Below, one piece after another: positions 15,420 to 16,873 of a stretch of 16,873 nt of DNA (within the stretch, counting starts at the first letter, position 1; every line of letters starts with the position of its first letter). Source of the stretch: Candidatus Undinarchaeota archaeon (GTDB lineage: Archaea; SpSt-1190); the NCBI GenBank assembly GCA_964549355.1, contig CAZJUS010000018.1, forward strand, positions 1 to 16,873, written 5' to 3'. Below the pieces are notes generated by a model that made no database searches, was not told the origin of the DNA, and saw only the letters and a program-made list of their open reading frames with translations. A program made the position numbers and the translations under genes.

Positions 15420-16239
15420 AAAGGCTCACCAAAACTATCGCTGTGAATGCGAGGACTGTCAGGATGAGCTCTGGTTTGCGCAAGGACTCATGGACTTCGC
15501 TTCCCTTGACCGATTCCTTCAGGTGGAGAAGAAGGCCCAGCATAGCCAGCGGAAAACTCCATATCATATGCCCCCCGATGTTCATGACATATATCGCAAA
15601 CAAAGTGAGGCTGACGCCCCCTGCCAATGAAATTGCAATTTCAATAATCGACTCATAGTCCCTCAGGCTGGTTTTATGGTTTGAACCTGCAATCCGGATT
15701 TCTGCAAACCTTTTGCAAAACGCAAGATAGACTGCCAATGAAAAAATGGACAGGTAGAACCATTCCGTCACCCGAATCCCGACAGCATAGCACCCTGCGA
15801 GTGCACGGAGCAGGTAGCCGATGGCGATGGCAAATGCATCAATAATCGCAATCCGCTTCAGGTAGTAGGTGTATATCAGATTCACAAAGAAATAGACGAT
15901 CACCAGCTGCAGGACCCTGTAGTTGGCCAGCCATCCAAAGCCCATCCCTACCAAAAGCAGAAGCAGGAAAAACCATCGGGCCTCGCGCTCTTTAATTTTT
16001 CCGCTTGCAATCGGCCGGTTTCTTTTTTTAGGGTGGTGCTGGTCCTTTTCCTTGTCCTTCAAATCATTCCAGACATAGTTTGCGCTCGCCACAAAAGAGA
16101 AGCTCGCGAATGCAAAAAGCAGAGCAGTCCAGCTCAGCTCGAAAATTTTGCCGGAAAACAAAGGACCTGCCAGGACTATAACAGCTTTATACCAGTTGCT
16201 GGGCCTCATGGCCCGGATAAAATCGGAAGGTCTTGCCAT
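15412..16239 (-). CDS. UbiA-family prenyltransferase, decaprenyl-phosphate phosphoribosyltransferase-like, 275 aa
   Basis: RPSNWYK, YVWNDLKDKEKDQHHPKKRNRPIASG, YTYYLKRIAIID, GYLLRALAG and LAFCKRFAE. Start moved to ATG 16239 because the longer ORF overlaps the thermosome gene. Confidence 0.88.
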   Translation of the reverse strand: MARPSDFIRAMRPSNWYKAVIVLAGPLFSGKIFELSWTALLFAFASFSFVASANYVWNDLKDKEKDQHHPKKRNRPIASGKIKEREARWFFLLLLLVGMGFGWLANYRVLQLVIVYFFVNLIYTYYLKRIAIIDAFAIAIGYLLRALAGCYAVGIRVTEWFYLSIFSLAVYLAFCKRFAEIRIAGSNHKTSLRDYESIIEIAISLAGGVSLTLFAIYVMNIGGHMIWSFPLAMLGLLLHLKESVKGSEVHESLRKPELILTVLAFTAIVLVSLYA

Positions 16240-16264
16240 ATGCCAGAAATAAAAATAAAAGTTT

Positions 16265-16298
16265 AAAAAAACAAAGGTGATTGCGGAACCGCAATCAC
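16265..16298 (-). terminator. Hairpin + U-tract terminator of the thermosome gene
   Basis: Perfect inverted repeat GTGATTGCGG-AA-CCGCAATCAC (16277-16298) overlapping the stop codon, followed on the minus strand by CTTTGTTTTTTT. Confidence 0.8.
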
Positions 16299-16873
16299 AT
16301 GCCCATTCCGCCCATGCCTCCCATTCCGGATGGCATGCCCCCTGCTCCGGGGCCGCTGTCGCTGAGCTTGCTGGCTGCAATAACATCGTCGATTTTCAGT
16401 ATCATGATTGCAGCTTCGCTGGCGCTCTTGATGGCCTGTCTTTTTACTTTGGTGGGTTCAACAACCCCCTTGGCAAACATGTCTTTGACTTTTCCGTCTA
16501 TGACGTCCAGGCCCATTTTGTGGTTTCCCCTTTCATGTTCAGCTTTCAGCTGGACCAGCAGGTCAATTGCGTTCAAGCCGGCATTTTCTGCCAGGCTTCT
16601 CGGGATTATTTCCAGGGCCTTTGCGAAAGCTTCGATGGCCAGCTGCTCCCTTCCGCCGATTTGCCTTGCATATTTGGCCAGCCTGTTGCTGATTTCAATT
16701 TCAGCAGCCCCGCCGCCTGCAACAAGCGAACCGTCCCTTATTGCAACGGAAAGCACTTTGAGAGCGTCGTTGACAGTCCTTTCAGCTTCATCGGTTACGT
16801 GGTCAGTCCCGCCTCTGATGAGCAGGGTGATTGCCTGCGGTTCCCTGCACTCTTCAATGAAAATCATATTTTC
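16295..16873 (-). CDS. ths: Thermosome (group II chaperonin) subunit, C-terminal part, 5' truncated by the window
   Basis: [53 protein letters not shown] and a GGM tail. Confidence 0.97.
   Translation of the reverse strand, partial: ENMIFIEECREPQAITLLIRGGTDHVTDEAERTVNDALKVLSVAIRDGSLVAGGGAAEIEISNRLAKYARQIGGREQLAIEAFAKALEIIPRSLAENAGLNAIDLLVQLKAEHERGNHKMGLDVIDGKVKDMFAKGVVEPTKVKRQAIKSASEAAIMILKIDDVIAASKLSDSGPGAGGMPSGMGGMGGMGM

Noticed and set aside
16298..16345. Short tandem-like repeats at the thermosome 3' end
   Set aside because: They encode the ordinary GGM chaperonin tail.
16240..16386. N-terminal extension of UbiA (also track starts at 9709, 9921, 11436 and 6007)
   Set aside because: These extensions overlap upstream genes or promoters. 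Downstream starts restore signal peptides, Shine-Dalgarno or TATA spacing.

Overview
Compact archaeal window, most likely a DPANN-type genome (inferred from the DP2 'AYWTLG' variant and from protein families I recall as typical of these lineages). Core genes, left to right: polC/DP2 (partial), truD, a 40-aa ribosomal protein eL41 and a 56-aa alpha3-truncated histone (both missed by the ORF track), aNAC, tRNA-Gln(UUG), three winged-HTH regulators, a DUF373 membrane protein coupled to an HMf-type histone with a substituted tetramer interface, and a ~535-aa coiled-coil hypothetical. These are followed by a four-gene surface operon (two class III signal/pilin-like proteins and two C-terminally anchored secreted proteins), a UPF0104 flippase-like gene with a DPPR-synthase-type UbiA, and the 3' part of a thermosome gene. 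The most unexplained element is a 1.06-kb non-coding block (3931-4994) in otherwise overlapping gene packing. It carries ten TTGATRT copies in two clusters, nested palindromes and AT-rich tracts, and lies among histone, wHTH and PolD genes. It is a candidate non-canonical origin-like or centromere-like protein-binding locus (hypothesis).
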